In this document: one piece after another, positions 11,128 through 23,600 of the stretch
How the letters are laid out: every line of letters begins with the position of its first letter
Numbering within the stretch: the first letter of the stretch is position 1
NCBI RefSeq assembly: GCF_006345805.1
Contig: NC_043006.1
Location: 1,116,001 to 1,180,000 of the forward strand
DNA length: 64,000 nucleotides
Origin: Octopus sinensis
Lineage: Eukaryota
Reading direction: 5' to 3'
The notes under the pieces: model-generated
Databases searched by the model: none
What the model was told of the DNA's origin: nothing
Seen by the model: the letters and a program-made list of their open reading frames with translations, nothing else
Position numbers and translations under genes: made by a program

Positions 11128-14100
11128 ATCGTTCACATCTTGTCATCGTTCACATCTTGTCATCGTTCACATCTTGTCATCGTTCACATCTTGTCATCGT
11201 TCACATCTTGTCATCGTTCACATCTTGTCATCGTTCACATCTTGTCATCGTTCACATCTTGTCATCGTTCACATCTTGTCATCGTTCACATCTTGTCATC
11301 GTTCACATCTTGTCATCGTTCACATCTTGTCATCGTTCACATCTTGTCATCGTTCACATCTTGTCCTCGTTCACATCTTGTCATCGTTCACATCTTGTCA
11401 TCGTTCACATCTTGTCATCGTTCACATCTTGTCATCGTTCACATCTGTCATCGTTCAATCTTGTCATCGTTCACATCTTGTCCTCGTTCACATCTTGTCA
11501 TCGTTCACATCTTGTCATCGTCACATCTTGTCATCGTTCACATCTTGTCATCGTTCACATCTTGTCATCGTTCACATCTTGTCATCGTTCACATCTTGTC
11601 ATCGTTCACATCTTGTCATCGTTCACATCTTGTCATCGTTCACATCTTGTCATCGTCACATCTTGTCATCGTTCACATCTTGTCATCGTTCACATCTTGT
11701 CATCGTTCACATCTTGTCATCGTTCACATCTTGTCATCGTTCACATCTTGTCATCGTTCACATCTTGTCCTCGTTCACATCTTGTCATCGTTCACATCTT
11801 GTCATCGTTCACATTTGTCATCGTTCACATCTTGTCATCGTTCACATCTTGTCATCGTTCACATCTTGTCATCGTTCACATCTTGTCATCGTTCACATCT
11901 TGTCATCGTTCACATCTTGTCATCGTTCACATCTTGTCATCGTTCACATCTGTCATCGTTCACATCTTGTCATCGTTCACATCTTGTCATCGTTCACATC
12001 TTGTCATCGTTCACATCTTGTCATCGTCACATCTTGTCATCGTTCACACATCTTGTCATCGTTCACATCTTGTCATCGTTCACATCTTGTCATCGTTCAC
12101 ATCTTGTCATCGTTCACATCTTGTCATCGTTCACATCTTGTCATCGTTCACATCTTGTCATCGTTCACATCTTGTCATCGTTCACATCTTGTCATCGTTC
12201 ACATTGTCATCGTTCACATCTTGTCTCGTTCACATCTTGTCATCGTTCACATCTTGTCATCGTTCACATCTTGTCATCGTTCACATCTTGTCATCGTTCA
12301 CATCTTGTTCATCGTTCACATCTTGTCATCGTTCACATCTTGTCATCGTTCACATCTTGTCATCGTTCACATCTTGTCATCGTTCACATCTTGTCATCGT
12401 TCACATCTTGTCCTCGTTCACATCTTGTCATCGTTCACATCTTGTCATCGTTCACATCTTGTCATCGTTCACATCTTGTCATCGTTCACATCTTGTCATC
12501 GTTCACATCTTGTCCTCGTTCACATCTTGTCATCGTTCACATCTTGTCATCGTTCACATCTTGTCATCGTTCACATCTTGTCATCGTTCACATCTTGTCA
12601 TCGTTCACATCTTGTCATCGTTCACATCTTGTCATCGTTCACACATCTTGTCATCGTTCACATCTTGTCATCGTTCACATCTTGTCTCGTTCACATCTTG
12701 TCATCGTTCACATCTTGTCATCGTTCACATCTTGTCATCGTTCACATCTTGTCATCGTTCACATCTTGTCATCGTTCACTCTTGTCATCGTTCACATCTT
12801 GTCATCGTTCACATCTTGTCATCGTTCACATCTTGTCCTCGTTCACATCTTGTCATCGTTCACATCTTGTCCTCGTTCACATCTTGTCATCGTTCACATC
12901 TTGTCATCGTTCACATCTTGTCATCGTTCACATCTTGTCCTCGTTCACATCTTGTCCTCGTTCACATCTTGTCATCGTTCACATCTTGTCATCGTTCACA
13001 TCTTGTCATCGTTCACATCTTGTCATCGTTCACATCTTGTCATCGTTCACATCTTGTCATCGTTCACATCTTGTCATCGTTCACATCTTGTCATCGTTCA
13101 CATCTTGTCATCGTTCAATCTTGTCATCGTTCACATCTTGTCATCGTTCACATCTTGTCATCGTTCACATCTTGTCCTCGTTCACATCTTGTCATCGTTC
13201 ACATCTTGTCCTCGTTCACATCTTGTCATCGTTCACATCTTGTCATCGTTCACATCTTGTCATCGTTCACATCTTGTCATCGTTCACATCTTGTCATCGT
13301 TCACATCTTGTCATCGTTCACATCTTGTCCTCGTTCACATCTTGTCATCGTTCACATCTTGTCATCGTTCACATCTTGTCATCGTTCACATCTTGTCATC
13401 GTTCACATCTTGTCATCGTTCACATCTTGTCCTCGTTCACATCTTGTCATCGTTCACATCTTGTCATCGTTCACATCTTGTCCTCGTTCACATCTTGTCA
13501 TCGTTCACATCTTGTCATCGTTCACATCTTGTCATCGTTCACATCTTGTCATCGTTCACATCTTGTCCTCGTTCACATCTTGTCATCGTTCACATCTTGT
13601 CATCGTTCACATCCTTGTCATCGTTCACATCTTGTCATCGTTCACATCTTGTCATCGTTCACATCTTGTCATCGTTCACATCTTGTCCTCGTTCACATCT
13701 TGTCATCGTTCACATCTTGTCATCGTTCACATCTTGTCATCGTTCACATCTTGTCATCGTTCACATCTTGTCATCGTTCACATCTTGTCCTCGTTCACAT
13801 CTTGTCATCGTTCACATCTTGTCATCGTTCACATCTTGTCATCGTTCACATCTTGTCATCGTTCACATCTGTCATCGTTCACATCTTGTCCTCGTTCACA
13901 TCTTGTCATCGTTCACATCTTGTCATCGTTCACATCTTGTCATCGTTCACATCTTGTCATCGTTCACATCTTGTCATCGTTCACATCTTGTCCTCGTTCA
14001 CATCTTGTCATCGTTCACATCTTGTCATCGTTCACATCTTGTCATCGTTCACATCTTGTCATCGTTCACATCTTGTCATCGTTCACATCTTGTCCTCGTT

Positions 14101-14872
14101 CACATCTTGTCATCGTCACATCTTGTCATCGTTCACAATCTTGTCATCGTTCACATCTTGTCATCGTTCACATCTTGTCATCGTTCACATCTTGTCATCG
14201 TTCACATCTTGTCCTCGTTCACATCTTGTCATCGTTCACATCTTGTCATCGTTCACATCTTGTCATCGTTCACATCTTGTCATCGTTCACATCTTGTCAT
14301 CGTTCACATCTTGTCCTCGTTCACATCTTGTCATCGTTCACATCTTGTCATCGTTCACATCTTGTCATCGTTCACATCTTGTCATCGTTCACATCTTGTC
14401 ATCGTTCACATCTTGTCATCGTTCACATCTTGTCCTCGTTCACATCTTGTCATCGTTCACATCTTGTCATCGTTCACATCTTGTCATCGTTCACATCTTG
14501 TCATCGTTCACATCTTGTCATCGTTCACATCTTGTCCTCGTTCACATCTTGTCATCGTTCACATCTTGTCATCGTTCACATCTTGTCATCGTTCACATCT
14601 TGTCATCGTTCACATCTTGTCATCGTTCACATCTTGTCCTCGTTCACATCTTGTCATCGTTCACATCTTGTCATCGTTCACATCTGTCATCGTTCACATC
14701 TTGTCATCGTTCACATTTGTCATCGTTCACATCTGTCATCGTTCACATCTTGTCCTCGTTCACATCTTGTCATCGTTCACATCTTGTCATCGTTCACATC
14801 TTGTCATCGTTCACATCTTGTCATCGTTCACATCTTGTCATCGTTCACATCTTGTCATCGTTCACATCTTGT
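11107..14872. repeat. 17-bp satellite array (TGTCATCGTTCACATCT)n, ~221 units
   Basis: Near-homogeneous 3.76-kb tandem array with ~27 TGTCCTC variant units and scattered 1-2 bp indels. Confidence 0.98.
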
Positions 14873-14889
14873 ATATAAATTTTTTTTGC

Positions 14890-15290
14890 TTTTACTTGTT
14901 TCAATCATTTAACTGCGGCCGAGAAGTGTTTTTTTTTTTAGTCGAACAAATCGACCCCAGGAATTATTTTTCTTTGAAGTCAAGAATTTAGTCTATCGTT
15001 CTCTCTGCCGAACATGACGGGGACATAAACACGCCAGCACCGGTTGTCAAGTAGTGGGAGGGGTGGGGTGAAATATAGACACAAATGCATGCACACACAC
15101 ACATACACACACATATATATATATATATATACGACGGGTTTCTTCCAGTTTTTCGTCTACCAGTACCACTCACAAGGCTTTGGTCGGCCCGAGGCTATAG
15201 TAGAAGACACTTGCTCAAGGTGCTGTGCAGTGGAACAGAACCCGGAACTATGTGGTTGGGAAGCAAGCTTCTTACCACACAGCCACAGCT
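14890..15290 (-). mobile_element. CORE-like SINE (family B), near full length
   Basis: rc has tggctgtgtggtaag A-box, ttccgggttc B-box, caccttgagcaagtgtcttctactatagcc core and ggccgcagttaaatgattgaaac tail. Confidence 0.85.
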
Positions 15291-15394
15291 GATTATGTGT
15301 ATATCTAGATAGACCTCTACGCCCTCGCGATTGCAAGTACACGTAGACGCGCACACACTCTCATATAATCTATGTCTATATATAAATACATAAG

Positions 15395-15555
15395 CATATT
15401 GCTATGTTGTAAAAAAATTGCTTCCCAACCATTTTGTTCAGGGTTCAGTCCCACTGCGTGACATCTTAGGCAAATATCTTCTGCAATAATCTTGGGCACA
15501 CCAGAGCTTTGCGAGTTGATTTGGTAGGCGGAAACTGAAAGAAGCCCGTCCCATA
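15395..15555 (-). mobile_element. CORE-like SINE 5' half
   Basis: rc of gggttcagtcccactgcgtgacatcttaggcaaatatcttc region. Confidence 0.7.
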
Positions 15556-15612
15556 TATAAATATATATATATGTAATGTGTGTGCGTGCATGTATGTGTG
15601 TGTTTGTGTTCG

Positions 15613-15649
<37 letters not shown>

Positions 15650-15840
15650 CTGGTGTCTCTTGGTGTCTTTGTTAATAGCGCTTGTCAACCGGTGCTTGTG
15701 TGCTTACATCCCCGTAGCAGCAGTTCCAACAGAATAAGTACCAAGCTTTGTAAAAATAAGTGCTGGGTCGAGATATTCAGCTAAAAGCAAATTCTTCAAG
15801 GCGGTGCCCCGGCATGGCCGCCGTCTAATGACCAAAATTA
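15650..15840 (+). mobile_element. CORE-like SINE 3' half
   Basis: gcttgtcaaccggtgcttgtgtgcttacatccccgtagc...ggcggtgccccggcatggccgccgtctaatgacc. Confidence 0.7.
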
Positions 15841-16139
15841 TTAATACACACACACACACATACTCACACACACACAGAGTTATGAGCTGGGAAGTTACGA
15901 ACGCTTCCCCGCATAAGGAGGTGTCCGTCTTTTGCATTTTTAAGCGCAGTTCACAATCTCGGTCCTTTACTCAGGTAACTTTACAACCGCTGGATACGTG
16001 TCGTGCATTTGCTTTGTGCGTGTCTATACGTGCGCAGGTAGATTGGATCACAGGTAAAGTAGTTTTCTCACTTTCCCTTTTACACGCACCTGCACACATA
16101 CACACCTGTGGACACACGCACTCACACTCTCTCTCACAC

Positions 16140-16624
16140 ATGCACACACTTGTACATTCTCCTCTATCTCTCATGCTATGTGCGCCAACACTCGCATACT
16201 CACACACACACACACACAAAGACACAGACGCAGACACACACACACACACAAAGACACAGACGCAGACACACACACTCACACACTTGTACATTCTCCTCTA
16301 TCTCTCATGCTATGTGCGCCAACACTCGCATACTCACACACACACACACACAAAGACACAGACGCAGACACACACACACACACAAAGACACAGACGCAGA
16401 CACACACACTCACACACTTGTACATTCTCCTCTATCTCTCATGCCATGTGCGCCAACACTCGCATACACACACAAAGACACAGACGCAGACACACACACA
16501 CAAAGACACAGACGCACACACACACACACACATACACACACTTGCACATTCTCCTCTCTATCTCTCATTCCATGTGCGCCAACACTCGCATACACACACA
16601 CACACACAAGGACACAGACACACA

Positions 16625-16660
<36 letters not shown>

Positions 16661-16700
16661 GACTCAGACGCAGACACACACACACACACACACATTGTCT
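16140..16700. repeat. ~130-bp CA-rich minisatellite, 4 units
   Basis: cacacttgtacattctcctctatctctcatgctatgtgcgccaacactcgcatac recurs at ~16145, 16280, 16414 and 16538, separated by (cacaaagacacagacgcaga) subrepeats. Confidence 0.9.
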
Positions 16701-17603
16701 GTCTTAAATTCACTTTACACTAACACACACACGCACTCTCTTGTATATACACATTCTCTCTCTCTCTCTCTCTTTAATTTAATAAACACACACACACGCA
16801 CACACACATACTCCCGCGCACACGCATACATTCACTGTATAGACGCACGCTTTCTGCTTCACATCGAATACACAGCGTAACACACACAAACGCACGCGTT
16901 CACACGCACACACACACAATCGCACACGCTTTCTTTCTGTCTCGTTCAATATTCCTCAGCACTTCCACACACACATTCTCTGTTTCTCATATCATACTCA
17001 CACAAGCATACAACATACACGCTCACTCACACACGCACGCACACACAAATACACACACACACATGCACGTATACACACACACACACACAATATTTCCCCC
17101 TTGAATATGCTGGTCTGTCCGTCTCTTATTTCACACACGGTGTTCTGTTTGTTGTATTGAGAAAACCCGCCAACGTTACAGTAGGCTTTTTAATGTTTCT
17201 CTTTTAAATCGCTTTAATTTATGATATAAGCAATGGACGCTATAGTACAATATCTTTCGAGTCCTCAAACGAAGGGTCCGTCTCATTTTGGAGCCTATTT
17301 CCTTATTTATTTACCCGGCGATCGAACTGGGCTGGAAATTTCGTTACGTTTTCAGTACACTCTTTCTCTGCACACTGCTGTTCACAAACTTCTTATACCA
17401 TCGGCCCTTCCATGGAATCGTTGCCCCCCCCCCCCGCATTGACCCCACCCATCAAGGAAAATACTTGAGCAAAATTAAAACCTAGAATTTATATTAACAA
17501 TTCTGAATCAGTAAATCCTGCAAACTTTTGAATCATTACCGCTTTATAATAAGAAATTCTTACAGAAATTTGATGAAAATACTTGAGGAAAATTGAAAAG
17601 GAA

Positions 17604-18008
17604 TGCCACAGGAGTGGCTGTGTGGTAAGTAGCTTGCTTACCAACCACATGGTTCCGGGTTCAATCTCACTGCGTGGCACCTTGGGCAAGTGTCTTCTAC
17701 TATAGCCTCGGGCCGACCAAAGTCTTGTGAGTGGATTTGGTAGGCGAAAACTGAAAGAAGCCCGTCGTATATATGTATATATATATGCGTGTGTGTGTTT
17801 GTGTGTCTGTGTTTGTCCCCCTAGTATTGCTTGACAACCGATGCTGGTGTGTTTATGTCCCCGTTACTTAGCTGTTCGGCAAAAGAGACCGATAGAATAA
17901 GTACTGGGCTTACAAAAGAATAAGTCCCGGGGTCGAGTTGCTCGACTAAAGGCGGTGCTCCAGCATGGCCGCAGTCAAATGACTGAAACAAGTAAAAGAG
18001 TAAAAGAG
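17604..18008 (+). mobile_element. CORE-like tRNA-derived SINE (family B, OR2-like), full length
   Basis: A-box TGGCTGTGTGG, B-box GGTTCAATCTC, MIR-core-like caccttgggcaagt, internal (TA)/(GT) tract, LINE-like tail ending (gtaaaaga)2. Confidence 0.9.
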
Positions 18009-18639
18009 TATTATATTGATGTAACTGAAATATTTAATGTGAAGTATGTATTTGGTGAATACTAATTAATACAACGATAATTGGCTGGAATTAGTGAGTT
18101 TTATATTAATTAGCCTTGAATTACCGCGCACTTCGAGATTCAGTTCGCTTATAATTCAGCACCCTTAATGTTCAAAATCATTTTAGGTGTCCATCGATCC
18201 CTTCGACAGCCGCATAGATAACTCATCCACCCTCAGAGGTTATTATTGACGGTTTGCCGACCCCTGTTTTAGATTATTAACCGAGCTTAAATCAGGTGAG
18301 ATAGTTTTACCCTAGAACTTTAAAAATCAGATAGGTTCCATCGGAAAGCGAACTTGAAAATCGAATGGTGAATATTGAATTGGGTGAGAGGGAAAATGTG
18401 GTATAGAAAAATATTATAGTCCCTGCTGTCATTTTACTCTGTGTAATCTTCGATTCAGCAGATATTTAGCCAAATGCGTTCCAACCGTGATCATCCGTTA
18501 TTTCTAAGCTAAATTATTTAATGTGTCCTTTTCTGTTTAGAGATGGTAGCGTGTGATTTGAGAGAGATATGCTTGTTTTTTCTAGCATATCAGGCGACGA
18601 CGTAAAGGATTTCTAGTTGTCTTGAGAAATAAAGGAGGG

Positions 18640-18830
18640 GAGAAGGAGAAGGAGGAGGAAGAGGAGGAGGATGAATAAATGAAATAGGTGAAGGAGAGAA
18701 GAGTCTATTGATAGAGAGAAGAAAAGAGAGAATGGGAGGAGAGAAAAAGAGAGAAGACAAAGTGAGAAGAGACAGAGGAAGAAATAATATGGTGAGGAGA
18801 GATAAAGGTAAGATAGGAAGACTTACGTTA
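18640..18830. repeat. GA-rich polypurine tract
   Basis: gga/gaa/gaga runs. Confidence 0.8.
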
Positions 18831-19048
18831 GTAGTTATAGGTATGTAATTACAGAGATAAAACTAGTTTATATACACTCGAGTTATATATATATATATAT
18901 ATACACTTATTAATAAGTGTTCAGCAGAGATTTGCTTTATCACATACCGAAGTTTAGAAATAGCAGCCAAAAAAATTTTAGCTATTTCTTCTACTTGGTG
19001 AAATTATTAATTACTTCTTAATTAATTAATTTTACCCTTTGTTATTAT

Positions 19049-19112
<64 letters not shown>

Positions 19113-19639
19113 GGAAGTTCGTGTATTGAGTTCTCGTTGCAAAAGAACGAAAGATATATATATATATATAAAGTGACGTAAGTGGGTAGATATATAAATA
19201 CCTATATGTGTGTGTGGATGGTTGTATATATATATATATATCTAATTTCTCACCCTCATTTTAAATTTATATATATATATATATACGGATGTGTGTGATT
19301 CTGTGTGTATATATGTATGTATTCATAGGCAGATAGATAGACAGGCACATAGATAGAATGAGAGAGAGAGAGAAGAGAGAGAGAGAAGTGGAGGAGATAG
19401 GTAGATGGATTGATAGTTAGCGATTGATGTTGTTACGTTCCATGTCAGCTCTGTTGAAGTAGACCCATGATCGAATGCAAGTGAGTTTGGCTGCTATTTC
19501 CCGCAGGTCGAGCGACCAGGTAAAGACTTCCTTACAGGCTCGTAGCAAGGTGGAGGATTGCATTTGATATTATGGGTTCGCTGTGATTTGATTTGTATGT
19601 TTGCCGGTAAAACATAGTAGTATATGTATGTATGTAGTG

Positions 19640-19920
19640 TTAGATGAGAGAGAGAGAGAGAGGGGGAAAGAGGGAGAGAATGAAAGAATAAGACTGAAAG
19701 AGAGAGTGAAAATGTAGGAAGGAAGAAGAGAGACTGAGGAGAATAAAGAAAGGAAAAATGAAAAACACGGTCAGCGCGCGAGAAACGATGTGGGGGACGA
19801 GTGACAAAAAGAGATAAACACATCGGAAATAGAGAGAGACAAAGCGAAGGAGAGAGAGGAAAAAACGAAAGAGAGAGAGAGAGAGAGGAAAAAAGCGAAA
19901 GAGAGAGAGAGAGAGAGGAA
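19640..19920. repeat. GA-rich polypurine tract
   Basis: (GA)n and gaaa runs. Confidence 0.8.
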
Positions 19921-20255
19921 GTCTTAACAGGAAAAGCGTTTCATGGGTGTAATGCAGGAAGGATGAAAGCGAAGCACGTAGGTGGGGTCGTCGTGTGCGT
20001 GGTTGGTAGTTTGTCCAGGCTACGGAGAACGGAACCCTGGTTCTTCTCCCCACATTGGCTCGCCACAGCCTAGTGGGTGGGCAGGCAGCAGAGTCAATAC
20101 AACAGCAAGATCAAGCAGTACAAGGAAAAGGGACAAACCTCAGAAGAACACGCTGGAATTTTCGCCACTGCACAACAACGCAACATTTACAAATATTTAT
20201 ATATTGAAGAAATAACATTTACGCAGACACCACGCGATCGTGCGAGCTTATCAAA
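19920..20255. promoter_or_regulatory. unique CpG-containing island, possible promoter or enhancer
   Basis: Non-repetitive and relatively GC-rich; CATTGGCT (reverse CCAAT box) at ~20052; lies downstream of (GA)n tracts. Confidence 0.25.
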
Positions 20256-20267
20256 GATTTATATAAT

Positions 20268-20300
<33 letters not shown>

Positions 20301-20593
20301 GTAAAGAGCGATGTACACTCTTTTGGATATTTATGGAGATAACTTGAAATTATACATCCTGCAGGTAGGTAGTTTGAATTTTGTTCCCACCGAAAGAAAA
20401 ACGTGTGGAATACTGGAGTATATACACACACTCATATATACTTACATAAGTACGTATATACATATACGTACACACACAAACACAAACACAAACACACACA
20501 ACACACACATATATATATGTTCTGTGTGTATTTTGTAGATTGCAATTATGTATTGTGTAGATATACATGGTGTGTGTGTGTGTGTGTGTGTGT

Positions 20594-20629
<36 letters not shown>

Positions 20630-20693
20630 ATGTGTGTGCATGTGTGTGCGTGTGTGTGTGTGTGTGTGTGTATTTATATATGCATATACAATA

Positions 20694-20790
20694 CTTTATT
20701 TAAAGCAGCAGAAAAATTCAACAAAACCTGTTACTCTGAGTTTCCCGTTGCCGTTGAATCTTGTTGAATTTTCTGCTGCTTTAAATAAAG
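20694..20790. repeat. 30-bp inverted repeat (MITE-like foldback)
   Basis: CTTTATTTAAAGCAGCAGAAAAATTCAACAA / TTGTTGAATTTTCTGCTGCTTTAAATAAAG with a 36-bp spacer. Confidence 0.85.
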
Positions 20791-21334
20791 CATATTACTC
20801 TACCACTGGTATTTGAGTACTCTTTTTTCCACCTTGTTTCACATTTATGTGTTTACTCCGGTACATACATATATATATATATAGATGAGTACATGTGTAT
20901 GTGAAAAATCAGCTGAAATATAGATTTTTTTACCATGTTTACCGACATCAACAGACATACATACATATGTGTGTATGTGTGTATTCATACTTACTTTCCA
21001 TCGCGTGTTCGCCCACCCGCGCGGACACGTACACACACAGACACACACACAAACATCAATACACAATTACGTGCACCCTGCTAAATATGCACGGACACCA
21101 GAGCATACAGCCATACACGTAAAAGCATAAAATATATATATTGATTTTTTATATCAGCATGCAATCATACATATAAATAAAGCTCTCTTTTTTTTTAAAA
21201 GTCATATATATACATATAAACATAAATATGTACGAGTGTATGTATGTACGAGTGTATGTATGTATGTAAACATAAATATGAATGTATTATTATGTACCTA
21301 GCTAGCTGTGTATGAATAGATAGATATATAGACA

Positions 21335-21368
21335 GTTAGATAGACAGACAGATAGATAGATAGATAGG

Positions 21369-21446
<78 letters not shown>

Positions 21447-21447
21447 T
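21335..21447. repeat. (GATA)n microsatellite
   Basis: Long gata run. Confidence 0.95.
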
Positions 21448-21997
21448 GACTTCTAAGATTTAAATAAAGTTACATCCATTTTCATTTGTATCGTCACATT
21501 TAAGAATTATATTCATAATTTACTTATACAAAATATATACTTGAAAGCACACACAACACGCACACGTATGCACAATGCACACTCACACACACACACACAC
21601 ACACGCTTACACATACACGCGTACACACACACGCATAGAGTTCGTGTAAGTATCTGTATTAACATAACTCAGATGTTTTGATTTTTTACTTCACACATTT
21701 GCAAGGTAAAAACTATGGAAGCCCATAGACATCGCTATTAACACAACAACGTACGTGAACACATGCACACACTTACGCATACACGTCTGTTTAGAAGAAT
21801 GTGAAGCTACGTAAGTGACTCAAGGACCCAGGTTTCGTGCCAACCACTCGCCAAAGCAGCAGGCTCTGCTCTCACTCCTACGGTTCACCACGAAATAACT
21901 AAATAATGTCGCCCTACATTTTGTGTATTGAGTTCTCACTCTCTTGCTCCTAAATACTTATGCATTTCATTTCAGGGTGCTTGCGTGTGTGTGTGTC

Positions 21998-22045
<48 letters not shown>

Positions 22046-22145
22046 CACACACACACACAATCACACACATAAATTATCCGAAGTGTACAGTATTATATAC
22101 GCATCACAGCCGATATGTATGTATTATATGTAAATACATACATAA

Positions 22146-22192
<47 letters not shown>

Positions 22193-23500
22193 AACAAATA
22201 CATACATGTAAATGTGTGTATACATATACATATATGTACATGCATGTATATATGCATATATATATATATATATGTTTGTATATATATATACATGCATGTA
22301 CATATGTATGTTTTATGTATGTGTATATATATATGTTTGTTATATGTTTCTGTGTATATATCTATGTCTATCTTCTCTCTCTCCATATATATATGCACAG
22401 ATATCTATGTAGAAATTGTATATGTATGTATATGTATATAAATGTATATATATATATATATATATAGATATATATATATATATATATATATGCATATACA
22501 TATATGTATACACATATAAGCATATATATGTATGTATAAGCATATGTGCGTGTGTGTAAACGCAGATGACTGTGTGTGTGTGTGTGCGTGTGTTTGTGTG
22601 TGTGTGTGTGTGTGTGTTTGTGTGTGTGTGCGTGTGTGTGTGTGTGTGAACGTGTGCGTAAAATGCCAGCTTACGATAAAGCACAGCTAAACATACAACT
22701 TGCAAGACGATCGATTTTCTTTCACACAATGTGGCTTCGAGTTCAAGGTTTGTTGATAGAAAACTATCTCTCTGTCTATCTAGTCATCCGTCTGTCTATC
22801 TGTCTGTCTCTCTGTCTGTCTATTGTTTTGTGTGTCTGCATTCACCGTTTCTTTTTCTCTCTCTCTCAGCTGTCTCTCTCTGTCTTTTCTCTACGTACGT
22901 CTCTCTACTTCTCTGCCTGTCTATCGCCTCTCTCTCTCTCTCTACAGAAACACATCGACGGATTGTCTGGTTGTTGTAAAAGCTCTGTGTATGTATATCT
23001 TTACGAAAACTGTCAGCGTGTTTCAATACTGTGAACACACGTACAACTTTGCAAAGCGAGTTTTAAGTGTTTAGAAAACTATGAACGCATGCGAGTATGT
23101 ATAATAGTGTGCGTGTATACATACATACACATGCAAACGCACGCATACAGACACATACACACTACTGCAGTTTTACCCATCACATGACGGGTAATTTTGG
23201 AAGTACACTTTTGCCGCCATAATGCCTAAAATCATGGCCTACGTGTAATAATTTTAATTTATTTTTCATCCAAATTTTTTTTCCCATTATACTACAGACG
23301 ATCGAAACAAGATATGTTTTACTTTAAAATGATATTTTAAGAAACCAGGTTTCTTATTTGCAATAAATGCATGTTTTATATTTTTCTAAATACTATCAAC
23401 GCATTTTTACACCTTCGAAAACTTATCTCGGGAGAAAGATGAGTAATTTTCAGAAATTTCTCATTGCCTGCCATCAAGCCTTATATGCGCTCTCAGTCTG

Positions 23501-23600
23501 NNNNNNNNNNNNNNNNNNNNNNNNNNNNNNNNNNNNNNNNNNNNNNNNNNNNNNNNNNNNNNNNNNNNNNNNNNNNNNNNNNNNNNNNNNNNNNNNNNNN
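23501..23600. other. assembly gap (100 N)
   Basis: Exactly 100 N, typical of a scaffolding spacer of unknown true size. Confidence 0.99.

Noticed and set aside
11107-14872. CRISPR array, telomeric repeat or CENP-B box satellite
   Set aside because: No spacers and eukaryotic context; not a TTAGGG-type repeat; shares only TCGTT and length with the CENP-B box.
10989-14991. Three >1250-aa ORFs of repeating SSFTSCHRSHLVIVHIL
   Set aside because: A stop-free 17-bp unit opens all three frames at once. A random 17-mer lacks stops on a given strand roughly 40-50% of the time, and indels switch frames freely. There is no evidence for translation; the resemblance to DRT2 never-ending ORFs is only an analogy.
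17960-17995. Hairpin followed by GAAAC in SINE/LINE tails as a hammerhead
   Set aside because: No CUGANGA upstream of the stem and no stem I/III; better explained as an RT-recognition stem-loop.
23168-23500. piggyBac-like transposon end (ttaccc..gggtaa)
   Set aside because: No TTAA boundary or partner TIR visible; truncated by the gap.
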